Shown piece by piece: positions 50,614 through 63,413 of a stretch of DNA of 64,000 bases; position 1 is the first letter of the stretch; the number at the start of each line of letters is the position of its first letter. Source of the DNA: Bispira polyomma (taxonomy: Eukaryota); NCBI GenBank assembly GCA_965649765.1, contig OZ287755.1, forward strand, positions 36,332,001 through 36,396,000, in the 5' to 3' direction. Under the pieces are notes generated by a model. It was not told where the DNA came from and did not search any database. It saw only the letters and a list, made by a program, of their open reading frames with translations. A program made the translations under genes and the position numbers.

Positions 50614-53600
50614 ATGATTAGCAATTTATGTATTTTGACATTATTTGTAGCTGTAGTGACTGGCACTTCTTCAGGTAATTTGAACATAAATATTACCTAA
50701 ATTTACTTAAATTTAGCCAATATATAAAAGTTTGTGTTTGCTCTTACACTTTTGTTTTTAAATGTGTCTTATATGTGGAGGTTTTTTGGTGGTTGTTTCT
50801 AATTTTTTATTGGTCATAATAGTAAAACATATACACTAATAAGTGCTATTGCTAGTGCTATTGCTAAGTGCTATTGTATAGCGCCACAAAGAATAAAAAT
50901 AAGGACATAACTTGGGACAATGAAATTATATGTAACATGTTATTTCTCCAGTAACTTTACCTGAAAGTCTTCAGTAACTGTGCCTCAAAGTCTTCAGTAA
51001 CTGTGCCTCAAAGTCTTCAGTAACTGTGCCTCAAAGTCTTCAGTAACTGTGCCTCAAAGTCGTTCAGTAACTGTGCTTGAAAGTCTTCAGTAACTGTGCC
51101 TGAAAGTTTTCTGTAACTGTGCCTGAAAGTCTTCAGTAACTGTGCCTGAAAGTCTTCAGTAACTGTGCCTCAAAACTCTGATTTGAAGTGAAACAAATAA
51201 TGTTAACGAATGGATGTTGGTGTTTCTTCAACCGAGTGGCATCACCTAGTCCCTCAAAGACAAAACACCATGCATACTTATCATGTAGTATGTATATTTG
51301 TGATTTAAGGAATCACACAGGAAGAACTGTATCACTTGATCAGTGATATGTCTGTAGTGCTACAGCAGCAGGCTAAATTAATTGCCGGACAGAGCAAGGA
51401 TATCTCTCTTCTACAGCATCAGTATGCAGCCATAGGTATGAATATAGTATATTGTATTATACTATGTATATTTTTTAACACGATTTATTGATGTGTGGGG
51501 CATCTTCTAAATCAAAACAACTGAATTAATCAACCAATCATGTGTCCTACAACATAGATTGGGTCGTCATCAGTAGTTGCAATGGTGCGTCAACACCTTG
51601 ATATAGACTGTTGTTTCATCAATCAACCCATCAGAAGGAGTCAAACTGTAGACCTTCTGATCACGAGACCAACTTTCTTCTATGAGTTGAACTAAGGACC
51701 TTCTCATCACCGGACCAACTCCTTAACCACTAGGCTATGGAGACCAAAATAACAGATTGGATACCACAGCTTCAACTTATCCTTAATTTAAAGTCACCTT
51801 AACGGCCTTCCAACTATAATAGTAACATTTATATGTAAAAATTCTGTACTTTATGATTTGAATGTTGTACACATAATATATATTCCTTAATATGTTTCAA
51901 TTGATTATTCCACAGATGAAGTTGGTTGTCCCAATAAAGTTTTGAAAGTGATGCAAAGACCAAAATTAACTGAACTAAGTACACAATATTGCGGTAATGC
52001 TAACTGTACAAACAATGTACCTTCAATATCTTGGAATCATTTCTAGAATACGAGGTGTTTTTTTTTTTTTGTTTTTTTTTCAGTATTCTTATAACACTGT
52101 TATTTCAGCTCAGAATAAAGACAATGGCCAAATTGCATTCACAGCAACAGCTTCAGAAGACAGAACTTACAATGCTGGAGAAACGATACAGTTCTTTAAT
52201 GTATTAACAAACATGGGAGGGGCATACAATGCAAACACAGGTACTGAATTTCAGTATTTTCTGCAATACAAAGCTGCTTATTGAAACAAATGTAATAGTT
52301 GTTTGTCACTAAACTGAGGCCATTAATACTGACGATGAAATATTTTGTAACTAATATTTCGGCAGAAACATAACCTCTTACAGCACAGACATACTTGCAT
52401 GATACACATAAGCTGATCAGAATGAATATTTAGTTTCATTTTTCTTGTTAATATATTTGTCCTAAATTCATATTAAGTTCATATTTCAGAAATTCAATTT
52501 TTGTTCCAATTTATTTTTACCTTTGTATGTGTAATTGTTTTATTCATAGTTATATATTTCCTACTTTTTGTTATATTTGTTATCTATACTATAATATAAA
52601 ACGCCTTAATTGAACAAACATACTACTGTGTGCTCACAGGTATCTTTAAATGCCCTGTCCACGGTGTGTACTTGTTTAGTAGTACGATCTTCACTCACAA
52701 TGATAATGCAATGCTTTTTAAGATAACATCATCAAGCCGGGGAGAATTTCTGTATGGTGAGAATATTTTTTTAATATTTTATTTTGTATAATAAGACATA
52801 AAAATGTTTTTTTACAATACATACATGACATGTATTACAATTATCAAAAATTAACAAAACTGCGTTACCTTTTACACCAATGTGGAAAAATTAACCATTT
52901 TTGTAACGAAATTATAAAAATAAAAAAACAGATATGCATGTAGATAAAATAAAAAATAAATTGTATGAACACTATACATTTGTTTGGCTTGTCTACATGT
53001 CTAAACTTTTTCACTACAATCTTTAGTTACCAGCTTTTAAATATTCTGCATTTTCTACCAATCCAAACAAAAATTGCCATTTACTTTGATGCGTGTTTAA
53101 ACTTTTATTTGCATTCTGTATTATAGTGTTCTCTAACTTGTAAGTATAGCATATAATATATTTAAAATGATCTATACTTAGACTACTTTCCTTGCATTTG
53201 GTTACAAATATATAATACTTTCCAAGATAAAATATATGATTATTCAATTTATTATTCTATCATTTTCCCCTTTGTATCCAAGCAGAACTGATTTGGCTGT
53301 TATGATCAATGATCAATTGATAGATATTGATTTATTAAACATTTTACTTCATCCCAAAAAAGTTTTACAGTTGGGCAGAACCAGAATAAATGTTTCATAC
53401 TTTCAGGTGTTTTGTTACAGTAATATTTGTCCGAATCCTCCATTTTACAAATAAATAAGTATTTATTTGTAGGTAAGACTCTCAGCAGTAATTTTTATTG
53501 GAAGCTGCTTAATTTACTTTCGATAGAACACTTAAAGTTTAATAAATAAAAATGTATCCAATTATCTTTGTCAATTTCTTCATCTAAAAGCTACCGACCA

Positions 53601-54080
53601 TTGTGGCCTATGGTGTGTAATAACAGACAATTTTTACATAAATTTTGAATAAACCCCATGAAATATTTTGCTTATCTAATAATTCAGTGAGCCTTACTTG
53701 TTTGATGTCATTTTTATGTCGTTTATCTTTTAGTCCTAATTTTCACTCTCTGGGAATACAATTCTTTAGATTACAATAATCCACAAATTGTCTTAAATAT
53801 TTTAAATGTTAAGCTTACGACTAAATTAAGACTAGGACCTTTAATGAATAAGGCCCTTGATTTCTGTGGCACTTTTTTTTGTGTAATATTTAATGTTTTG
53901 GTATTTTAATTAGGTGACAGCGCCCCAGGGTATAATCAGAGCACTGCTGGGATAGCAGTGGTGGAGTGTGCCATGGATGAAGAGGTCCAGGTTCAAGTAA
54001 GAGGTAATGGTAACCGCTTACTGGGGGGTTTGACTACCAGCTTCACCGGAACTCTGTTATCCATACTGGCAACGTCTTAA
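50614..54080 (+). CDS. Secreted C1q-domain-containing protein, gene B, 226 aa, 6 coding exons
   Basis: Exons 50614-50674 (MISNLCILTLFVAVVTGTSS), 51310-51435, 51916-51993, 52109-52240 (QIAFTA...NMGGAYNANT), 52640-52756 (GIFKCPVHGVYLFS), 53914-54080 (...TSFTGTLL...stop). All GT-AG, all phase 1, 681 nt open. TATA-like at ~50535; AATAAA at 54161 and 54174. Confidence 0.88.
50949..51174. repeat. 23-bp minisatellite, ~10 copies, in intron 1 of C1q gene B
   Basis: Unit CAGTAACTGTGCCT(C/G)AAAGTCTT repeated head-to-tail without spacers. Confidence 0.95.
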
Positions 54081-54769
54081 TGATCTAAAGTTTTCTAGAA
54101 ATTATTCAGTTTGAAACCTTGACATATCTGAAGTTTGCAGTATGCTGCAGAAACAATCTAAATAAATTCTACCAATAAACAGTTTATCTGCAATAATGTT
54201 GTTTTACCTTGAAGCAAGGTATTAATATATGTCACATACAAATTTACTGATTCTAATTTATTTATTGATTGATTGATTCAAAGTACATGCAAAGTAATTA
54301 AAATACAACTATATTTCATAGAAAATGTAATACTCACAAGTTATAATACAGATAAATATAAAACATTTATTCTGTATGTACAGTCAAACCTGTCCAACCT
54401 AAAAGAGAGATAACCGCTACTTAAAGACCACTTTGAATCTTTCTGTGAATTTTGTTAGGCAAAGAGACTTTAGAGAAAGATCACTCTTTAGTTGTGCCCA
54501 AATATTACCTCAATTATTCCCAGTTATATTTGACTTGTGAGAGCGAATTACAGGATATATCAAAAGTTTATAGTCTAAGTCATTTCCTCTTTTGCCCCCA
54601 GTTGTTCCGACAACAAGGTCTGCAAAACAAACTGTCAATATTATAACTGAAAAGATAACAGTGTGCGAGGTGGCACTTTGTTTTACTTGGATTATTATTA
54701 AAAGTTATTCTATGAAAAGTACATTCTACGCCAAAAGTTGGAACATTCTACGAATAGTGCATGACATTT

Positions 54770-55425
54770 AAGCTAAGCCCAGTCTTAAATCTGAGACTTT
54801 TGTCTTAGCTAAGTTTTGTCTTAAAATGGTATTCACAATTGGTGACTTAGTAAAGACTATGTTCAGACAAAAGTCTTAACTTTAAATTGTTCTATTTACA
54901 ATAATACAAAATATTATTTACATTTTTACACACACTAATATACTACATAATTATTTAGGCCTATACATACTTCCCAGAGTAAAAAATCATTATATAATTA
55001 ATTTTTTTTATTTCATTGGGCTTGGACTTAAGACTGGTTAAGTCCCCTTCAAAGAATAAATGATAAAAAATATGTTAGGAATTGTACTACTTTTTTCTTT
55101 GACTCATCACAAGTTACGGTAAAGATTGTTTTCTATTTGATATCATAATATCAAAGTTAATTGTTTATAGTTTGTTATGTACTGCAAATTTACTATGTTT
55201 TATTTGTAAATTCTGTCTAAAAACCCAAAGACTTTTTACTATAAAATTAAGCCCACCACCTTCCTGTCCTAAAGTTAAGCCCTTGGCTAAGTTAATACTT
55301 AGACTTAGCTGCTTTGTGAATACCGCTAAGACTAAGACTTATTTCTTAGTATTTTTTACCCAAAAGTTAAGACAAAAGTCTTACCTTTAAGCCTAAGACT
55401 TGGCTAAGTCTGTTAGTGAATACGG
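54770..55425. mobile_element. Probable MITE family with TAAGAC-rich arms and GTATTCAC/GTGAATAC ends
   Basis: Repeated ttaagact/agtcttaa motifs, ggtattcacaa at ~54828, gtgaatac at ~55316 and ~55417; related fragments at 13550-13797, ~14295, ~53810-53856. Confidence 0.35.
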
Positions 55426-55979
55426 TTCACATCCCCCTAACGTAGGTTTTTTTACTCCTGCAGATTTCTCCTTATTGCTCCTTTGCTCTGGAGCAGGAGA
55501 GATTTTTTGGTGGAGTAGGATAAGTATTGATATTACTTATTGAGTTATAAGTGAATATATTTATTATTACTATTTTTATTATGCATTTTTAATGCGCTTT
55601 ATTGATGCTAGGCATCTTTTAAAGCGCAACAGGAGAATCAGTGATCCAACCGTAAAGTCCATGGGCATAGCAAGGTCATAAGGATAGGGGGTTAACAACT
55701 GGTTAATCAGCAAGCAACCAGACCAGGAGTTCCAGGAGCTGGTTTTATGTGTGTGGCAGACTGTACGCCTAAGGTGCCTATGGCAGTAACTAGGGTCTCT
55801 TGAGAGGTACTAGCTGACATATTGGTATCCATAGTTAAAATCAAAATAATAAATGTCTGGCAAATAAAGGCATACTTGAAAAATGAAATAGAATTTGGAG
55901 CAATGCATATGTACAACCCCCATTATTCGAATTACATATTTTTCTATTTATGTCAAGTTAGAAACCGGGCGCCTCTCAT

Positions 55980-58750
55980 TGAAGGATAATTAAAGACTTG
56001 AGTTATCCTAAGGAAAAGTCCATGCAGGAGTAGTCTCAGATTCATACTTAGACCCACCGTTTATGTTAGCTTTACTTTCTATAGATATTATTACTTAAAA
56101 AGTTAGAGAGTTAGGCAAAGGATCTAAATAATAAAAAATTGACATAAGCCGGGCGTTTTGCCATGTGAAATTTGATCTGGCCGACTATAACCTTCTAAGC
56201 TTGAAATTAAATAATTATTATGTAGACACATCTGGTTTTAGACACAGAAGGTCCATATTCCAACATCCCAGTGATGCCATCAGATTCATCATGCGATATT
56301 ATATTGATGATGTAACAGGATATGTCATAAGATATGGCACCTTAAGTGACAAAACTTTACAAAAATTACACATATTGTTGAAAGAATTAGGTTTTGCCAT
56401 TAGTACGAAAAAATTAGTAGAACCCAGCACAGAAGTAATTTGTCTGGGCATACTCATTAACATGTAAAATTTCACAGTTTCAATTCCAGAGGAGAAACTA
56501 ACTGACATCCTAGCAACCTGTAAGGCATGACAAGGAAAAAATAAGTGCATAAAGCGTCATTTATAGTTTTTACTGGAAACATTGCTTTATGTCTCTAAAT
56601 GTGTCAAAACCTCAAGAAGTTTTCTAAATTGTATGCTAGAAACGTTAGTGAGAGCCAGTAATCGCGACAATATTAAACTCCAGATGGAATTTCACCAAGA
56701 TCTAAATTGGTTTTGCCAAATCCTCCCCATGTTTAATGGGGTCGCCTTCTTCGATCATATGCCGGTTACAGATTTACTAGAGCTAGATGCCTGTTTGCAA
56801 GGCCTATGCGGTCGCTGTAACAACACAGTCTACACAAAAGCAATACCACTAGGCTATAAGGACTTTCATATCACTCAGCTAGAAATGTTAAATATACTCG
56901 TGGCAGTGCGATTTTGGAAGCACTTGTGGCAAGGAAAATGTCTTCTGGTGTTTTGTGATAATGATGCTGTGGTAACCATATAGAACTCAGCTAAAACCAA
57001 TGATCGCACTTTAGCAGCGATTGCAAGAAACATATTTATGGAAATTGCTATGTGTGACATTAGTCTAAAGACGCTATTATCTTGGGGCAAAATAATCTTG
57101 TAGCAGACTTCCTCGATGGTCTATCCAAACAAATGTAAATAACAAATTAAGTTAGTACATAAGCAACCCACAATGGAATCATGTGGAGGACAGCCTCCTA
57201 GATATAGATTGGTCAATTTAATTCCATGTATTCCATCATCAGTTCGCCCCCCTAGTCTCACAGACGACGGCCAGGGCCCAGCTTGCATTTAGACTGGCTA
57301 CGCAGCGTTCCTGCTCAAACATGTTTAGACTGTTTGTTGCTTATTGCTTTATTATTCCTACTGTCATTCTTGGAAGTCTTGGTGGTGAATAAAGTAAGTT
57401 CAACAGCTATGGCCAGGCTTTCACTTCATGGCCTCAATATCTCAGCGTTTGCCACCAGAAGGCACTGGTGTTAAACAAACCATTTAAAGCTAAACTAAAC
57501 CATATTATTGATACTTCCCTGCTTGAAAAAATAGCTCTCACGTGTGACGCCATGTACATCGGACAAATCTTTAAGGTAGTTTATCTGTTAGCATTCTTTT
57601 CCTTTTTGAGAATTTTCAGTCTAGTTCTTCACACAATATCACGTTACTCTCCCCTTCAACAGGTAGCTTACACATGATCATCAAGACATTACAGAATAAA
57701 AACACAGTAAGAGTATTGAAAATTCCCAGCTTAGGCCATTCCCTACTGTGTCCGGTTAGGGTATCAGAAATATGTTGGCAATCACTTCGGGACACAATAA
57801 CTCTCAATTATTTTAAGACGCTAACAAAATGGGTACCGTTACGGACACTAAAGTGTGCAAAATCCTTCACAGTATTCTGGCAAAATTAATCCTCAAATAC
57901 TCAAACATTACCTTCTACACATTCCGAAATTCGGGTGCTACTTTTGCATTTAATGCTAATGTTGCCTTCATGATAGTCAAAGCCATGGCACCAGGAGCTC
58001 GGAGTGTTTGAGGAGGTATATAACACAAGATCATAATGCATCACAGGAAGTTGCCCTCGCTTTTCAGACTGCACTACATCTTACCTACTACCTCCTAGGT
58101 AGGGTTTGGGCTATTATAATGGTGGTAACTGTTGTATTATTGGTCAATGTAAACTATATGCTTAATAATGTAAGGCTACCTTAAGCCCAATCTAACCTAA
58201 CCTTAAATTCAGGTTATGGTGACCAAAACAAACTGGTATGAAAAACCATACCCTAACTCAAGTTAAGACTACCTTAACTTAAATTTATATTAACCTTAAA
58301 GTCAGGTGTTTAAGTTAAGGCTACCTTAAGTTAACATTTAACCTAACCTTAACGATTCAGGTTAAGGTCAGCTGAAGGTGATTGCTCAAATTTAAGTTTT
58401 GGGGACCATAACAAATTGGTATGAAAAGCCATACCCTAACTCAAGTTAAGATTGCCTTAATTTAAATTTATATTAACCTTAAAGTCAGGTGTTTAAGTTA
58501 AGGCTACCTTAACTTAACATTTAACCCAGGTTAAGGTCACCCTATATGTGACGGCTATAACCTTCTTTTGTAAAAAACTTAACAAGCATACTTAAGGTGG
58601 TCTCCTTTTAATAGTATGTACAAAATGTAGACATTACTGGAATAAATGTAATATCTAAAGACCTGCTTATCAATTCACTTGGTCGTTAGAGATATCATTA
58701 ATTATAAGCTGGAGGGGTACTATGGTAACAGCTGCCTTAAATATGAGACT
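55980..58750 (+). mobile_element. Decayed, 5'-truncated YR retrotransposon (RT-RNaseH, YR, 3' UTR)
   Basis: Frameshifted homology to 41981-44380 (YYIDD, ELDACLQG, LEMLNILVA, CDNDAV) and to the YR (FFSFLRI, TFYTFRNSGATFAF); AACCTTA-rich 3' region. Confidence 0.88.
58218..58526. repeat. ~125-bp direct duplication (period ~182 bp) within AACCTTA/TAAGGTT-rich sequence
   Basis: 58218-58344 aligns with 58402-58526. Confidence 0.85.
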
Positions 58751-59599
58751 AAGTCTTACATAGTATCAATGTCAATGTCTCCACATGCAACTGTAACTGG
58801 AGGTGCGCCTTGTCCAAGACAAACACAGTAAAACACAGACTTGACATAGAAAATTGTCTTTTCTTGCATAAGGCTTACAGCAACACAAGTGACACCCGCA
58901 GCACTGACTCTAAAATACACAAAACTCCTCACAGGAAACATCTGTAAATTACAGTAACTTAGCTTTAAAGCTTAACGGAAATAAATTAAATACATTCAAT
59001 ACCACAAACTTTAATGGCCGTACGCAAATGTAAGTACAGAAAAAATTTAAACGAAATTTCACTTGAAAATGTACATTGCCAATAATCACTAAATAAGTTA
59101 TATTACTATTTACAGTTAAACTAATATACTATCCGACAACTACAAGCTCAAATAACATATACATAACATGCCATAATAAATATATGCATTAATTTTGCCT
59201 GAATTCCTGAAACTAAAATGTGAGTATAAAACAGTCAAATACCAGGAACCAAGCATCAATTACTTAAATACACTTTACCAATCTAAACCAACTGACCTGC
59301 AGCATTACATGCAAACTGTAAACATGCATACACTGTGTGCAAAACCAATCAAACAACAATCAAACAATCAAACAACAAGCAGCTCGAGTGGAAGTATGTG
59401 ACTAAACCTAAAAAATGACAAAAATTTAAAAAAAACCGAAGTATGTTGCTTCACAAAAAATCTCTCAAAAATCTCAAAACTACTTTTATGTTACTATATA
59501 CAAATACTTTCATTCAAGTCAGTCACACACAACTAACTTAAGTAAACCAATCATATTTTGCAACAGTACAATTTTTTGCAGTTTGTATCTCCGACCAAC

Positions 59600-62500
59600 T
59601 GTAGCCTAATTCACCAACTTCGATACCAATGAAAAGCTATAAACAAAATCAGCTCTGAAATGACCTTGTGTTTTACCCTAGCTGACCTCCTTGGAGCAGG
59701 CACAGGTGCTGTACTACGCGATGACTGTGTGAGTCGAGAACTATGTTCTTCGGAAACTACAGAATCATCTCCATCCGCGATAACACTAGGATCTTCCATA
59801 TCTGCAACAGATTCCTCTAGATCTAGTCTACCTATTCCTGAAATATCTAACTCCTCATGAAGTCCAACCAAAGAATCAACCACATCTTCACCATCATCAA
59901 CTAAGGAATGCATCCCCGCTAGAATCAGTATAGAGTGTGAATAGTTTGTTGTAATCAGCAAAACCCAATATAGGCGTCTGACAACAAATTGCTTTGAGCT
60001 CCTCAAATGTTTCCTGCTGCTCCTCTCAACACTTCAGGGGTAAATACTTAACCTTGGTCTTGGTTTTTAACTGGTGAAGGGGTTTTACTAGCTTAGCAAT
60101 GTACTTTATAAACTTGCAGTAGAAACTGGTGAAACAATGAAAACTCTGAACTTGTTTCACAGTCCTTGGGATACGCCATGCCTGCACACAAGCTACTTTC
60201 TCAGGGTCCACTGCTACACCCTTCTCCGAAATCATGTGTCCCAGGTATCTCCTTACATAAGAAGTGGCACTTTAAAGAGCTAAGCTTCAAACCAGCCTCC
60301 CTCAAATTACTAAAAATAGCTTCCAACCACCGAGATATATGTTCCTCATAAGTTTGGCTATACACAAATATATCAAGATACATCAAGCAGTAATTCAAGT
60401 TCAAATCTCCCATGCAGTTTTCCATCAACCTCTGGAAAGTGGCAGGAGCATTGGTGAGTCCAAATGGCATTTGCTCACACTCCCAAAAACCAAGAGGCCC
60501 AACTGTGAATGCGGTTTTGCACTTATCCTCCTCTGCCAAGTGAACTTGCCAATATCCTGATTTTAAAACGAGTACAGTGAACCACTTGGCACCAGACAGA
60601 ACAAAAGTGGAAACTGTACGAGGTAAGCTGTTGGAGTCACAATTGTTTTAGAGTTCAAAATTCTCATGTCCAGGCAAAATATGAGCACTCCAGTTTTTTC
60701 TGCACACTATCACAACATTGGATGCATATGGACTCTGACTTCTCCTAATCACCCCAAGGGTTTCCATCTCCTTCAAGTGCTTCCTCACCTCTTCAAACAT
60801 ATAAGGGGAAATAGGCTGTGGCCTTTCTTTGAATTGTGTGTTGTCCTTCAGGTGAATGCGATGGACAGCATTGCCAGTCAATCCAAGATCCAAGTTGTGC
60901 AATGAAAACACAGACTTCCACTTTAACAATAGTTTCTCCATTTCCCCCACTTGGGCATCTGACAACTCTTCTCTCGATTGTAGAAAATTCTTTAGAAACT
61001 TTAGAAATGTCTGCTTCGGTGCCAGCAGATAATGAAACATCACTATCATCTTTACTTCCAACAAATCACATCCTCAGTGCTGTATAAGTCCTAAGTTTTG
61101 GGCCTTGCCATCCTGAGAGAGGTGATTCACAAGCTGCAATGGCAACTTCATCCTAGTCCTTCCTGGTAAAACCAAGTTAACACTTGCTGTGGCTAACACT
61201 CCCTTTGGTAACCCATTTACCCCATCAACGCAAATTGTCAAATTCTGACAAATGACCCCAACTCTGGTTTGACAATACATTACCACAGGACTATTTGTGG
61301 ATATGGTAAGGGATTTGGTACTAATCAGCCCACCTGAGGACTCTGTCTTTCGAAGTATATATTCATGTTTCACCAGTATATTTTTCCAAATTGGAGTTTT
61401 GGTCGCAACATGACATCTAACAGCACTCAGAATATTAGTGCCAACAAGCACAGGTACTCAAGCATGACAGGTAGTATATGGTACCAGACGTATAATGACA
61501 GGAAACTCCTGCAACTGGATACTAGAATAATTTAGGGTGACTTCCATTACCTCTAAGTATGATATTATCTGAGGGTTGTATTGGCAGCCCCAGTGTGAAA
61601 CATATGATAAAGATATGGTGCTAACCATTGAATTTGTATCCAAAAGAGCTGAAACCTGCTTGTCGCTAATACCCAATGACACTTCATTGGCTTTTCCAAT
61701 CACAGTGTGTACCATTCCTTGGAAGTTTGTAAATGAGTAGTCAGATCGCCCCCACTTCCCGACTCCCTGTAGTTTAAATGACAATTCCTGGCAATATGTC
61801 CGAGCTTATGGCATTTAAAACAACGAATACATGTTTTCCTCGGCGCCTGGTTTTGAAAGTTAGGGTTATACTCCGGCCTCGACTGGGGCTGCTCCTTGAT
61901 ACCATGTTAGTAATACCCAAGGCCAAAATCTCATCAAAACCTTGTTTAATAACCGGTGACGTCTCTGTCTGCACTTGATGAACCTTAACCATCTGTGCAG
62001 CAAATTCACTCTCAATCATTTTGCCTTAATTATAAACTTTGGATCACCTTCCATTTCATCAAATTTGTGCCTGTGCACATTCCCGATCTTGTCATAGTGC
62101 ATCTTCGTCCAGAATTGGGTATTCACCAAAATGTCATATTTATTTGGCATCCTTCCTGGTGATTTTACTGGCCAGGTCTAGAATACCAGTCAGTAACCTT
62201 CTGTGAAGCCGCATTAAACTGCACCAAGAGAACATGTGGTAGATTCACATCTCCAAACATCAATCGACTTGACTCAAGATATCGGCTATGGTTGCATCCT
62301 CACCCATGTGCAATATAATCTCCTGCACCTGTCCTTTGATGGATCTTTTAATTGCTGTCAGAATCATACTTTCAGGACATACCTGTTTGACTAGACAATG
62401 CACATCATACCTAAAAAAACGAAATAACCAAACTGAAAAGAATGTTCATCACAAAGAAAAATAGCATGTTTCTCACAGGTGCAGGAAACGGGTTCATTAC

Positions 62501-63134
62501 TCGGGTATTGCCCATTGGAGTATGGACAATTCTAGCCCTGGACTCATCACCTCCAAACCCAGTGGGGTTCACCCTTTAACATGCAGCTGAACCTACCCCT
62601 TGACTGCTCTCAACTGCTGTTTCTAGTCCACTGTCATTCGTGCTATGGCTTCCAGTATGTCACTTAGTTGAGAGCTCACCTTAAAACCAGGCTTTGGTTC
62701 CTGTTGTCTCGTAACTGTAGTATTCTGGCCTACAGCACCAAATAGACCTGGTTTGGGTTGCATTAGTATTTGCTGCAACTCAGAAGTAAATTTAGAGACC
62801 ATACCAGCACCATCGTTGAGCAATAACCTCAGCTAACAGCTGATCCCTAAACATCACAAAAAGTGGTGTTACGTTCCAGAATAACCTCTGCTGAATCGCT
62901 TTCTGAGTATAACACCTGACAAACTTTCAAAGTTACGAACACGGGTGCCAAGCTACTGATGTAGATAATATTGACATCGTACTTTTATTAAGTTCACTCA
63001 ACTATCCTTCCAAACAATTTCAATCGATTGTACACTAAAGATCTACTGTGTGAACGGTCAAAATCATGATTAAAAAAAACCATCAGCCACCTGACTCTGC
63101 TATCTAATCAAGGCTTATAACACCAGTTTACCAC
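59600..63134 (-). mobile_element. Decayed Ty3/Gypsy LTR retrotransposon (gag, protease, RT; RNaseH/integrase deleted)
   Basis: Zinc knuckle CFKCHKLGHIARNC (~61785-61825), protease ALLDTNS, RT SQSPYASNVV and MPFGLTNAPATFQRLM, VDPEKV. PBS-like TGGCACCCG 62950-62942. Candidate 5' LTR ends at 62960 with AATAAA ~25 nt inside. No 3' LTR found; boundaries approximate. Confidence 0.85.
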
Positions 63135-63175
63135 AACTATTAGTGTACTGGACTGTTAAAATACACGATAAATAC

Positions 63176-63377
63176 TGTAATCGGACTTCTAGGGCTTCTA
63201 GGGTTTCTCCTTTAGCTCAACTGTACTGGACTAATAATCTTACGATCCAAAGAGCCTAATCCAAGCCACGGCAAGTTATTTCTGTTGTTTACATGGTGGA
63301 GATTAGTGGAAAGTTGAGTTAATGTAGTAGTTGAACAAGACTTTAGGACAGGTTTTCATGGAGGAGAGGCATGTAAT
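63176..63377 (+). mobile_element. TRIM-like miniature LTR element with tRNA-like LTR
   Basis: TGTAA...TTACA 63176-63293, PBS TGGTGGAGAT 63294-63303, purine tract GGAGGAGAGG 63360-63369, then TGTAAT at 63372. Confidence 0.5.
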
Positions 63378-63413
63378 ATCCGAGTATATCAGCACATTAA
63401 ACACTTTTCCTTT

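Noticed and set aside
50949-51174. CRISPR array or tandem hammerheads (CTGAAGA on the minus strand)
   Set aside because: Pure tandem repeat with no spacers and no stem II-GAAA following the core.
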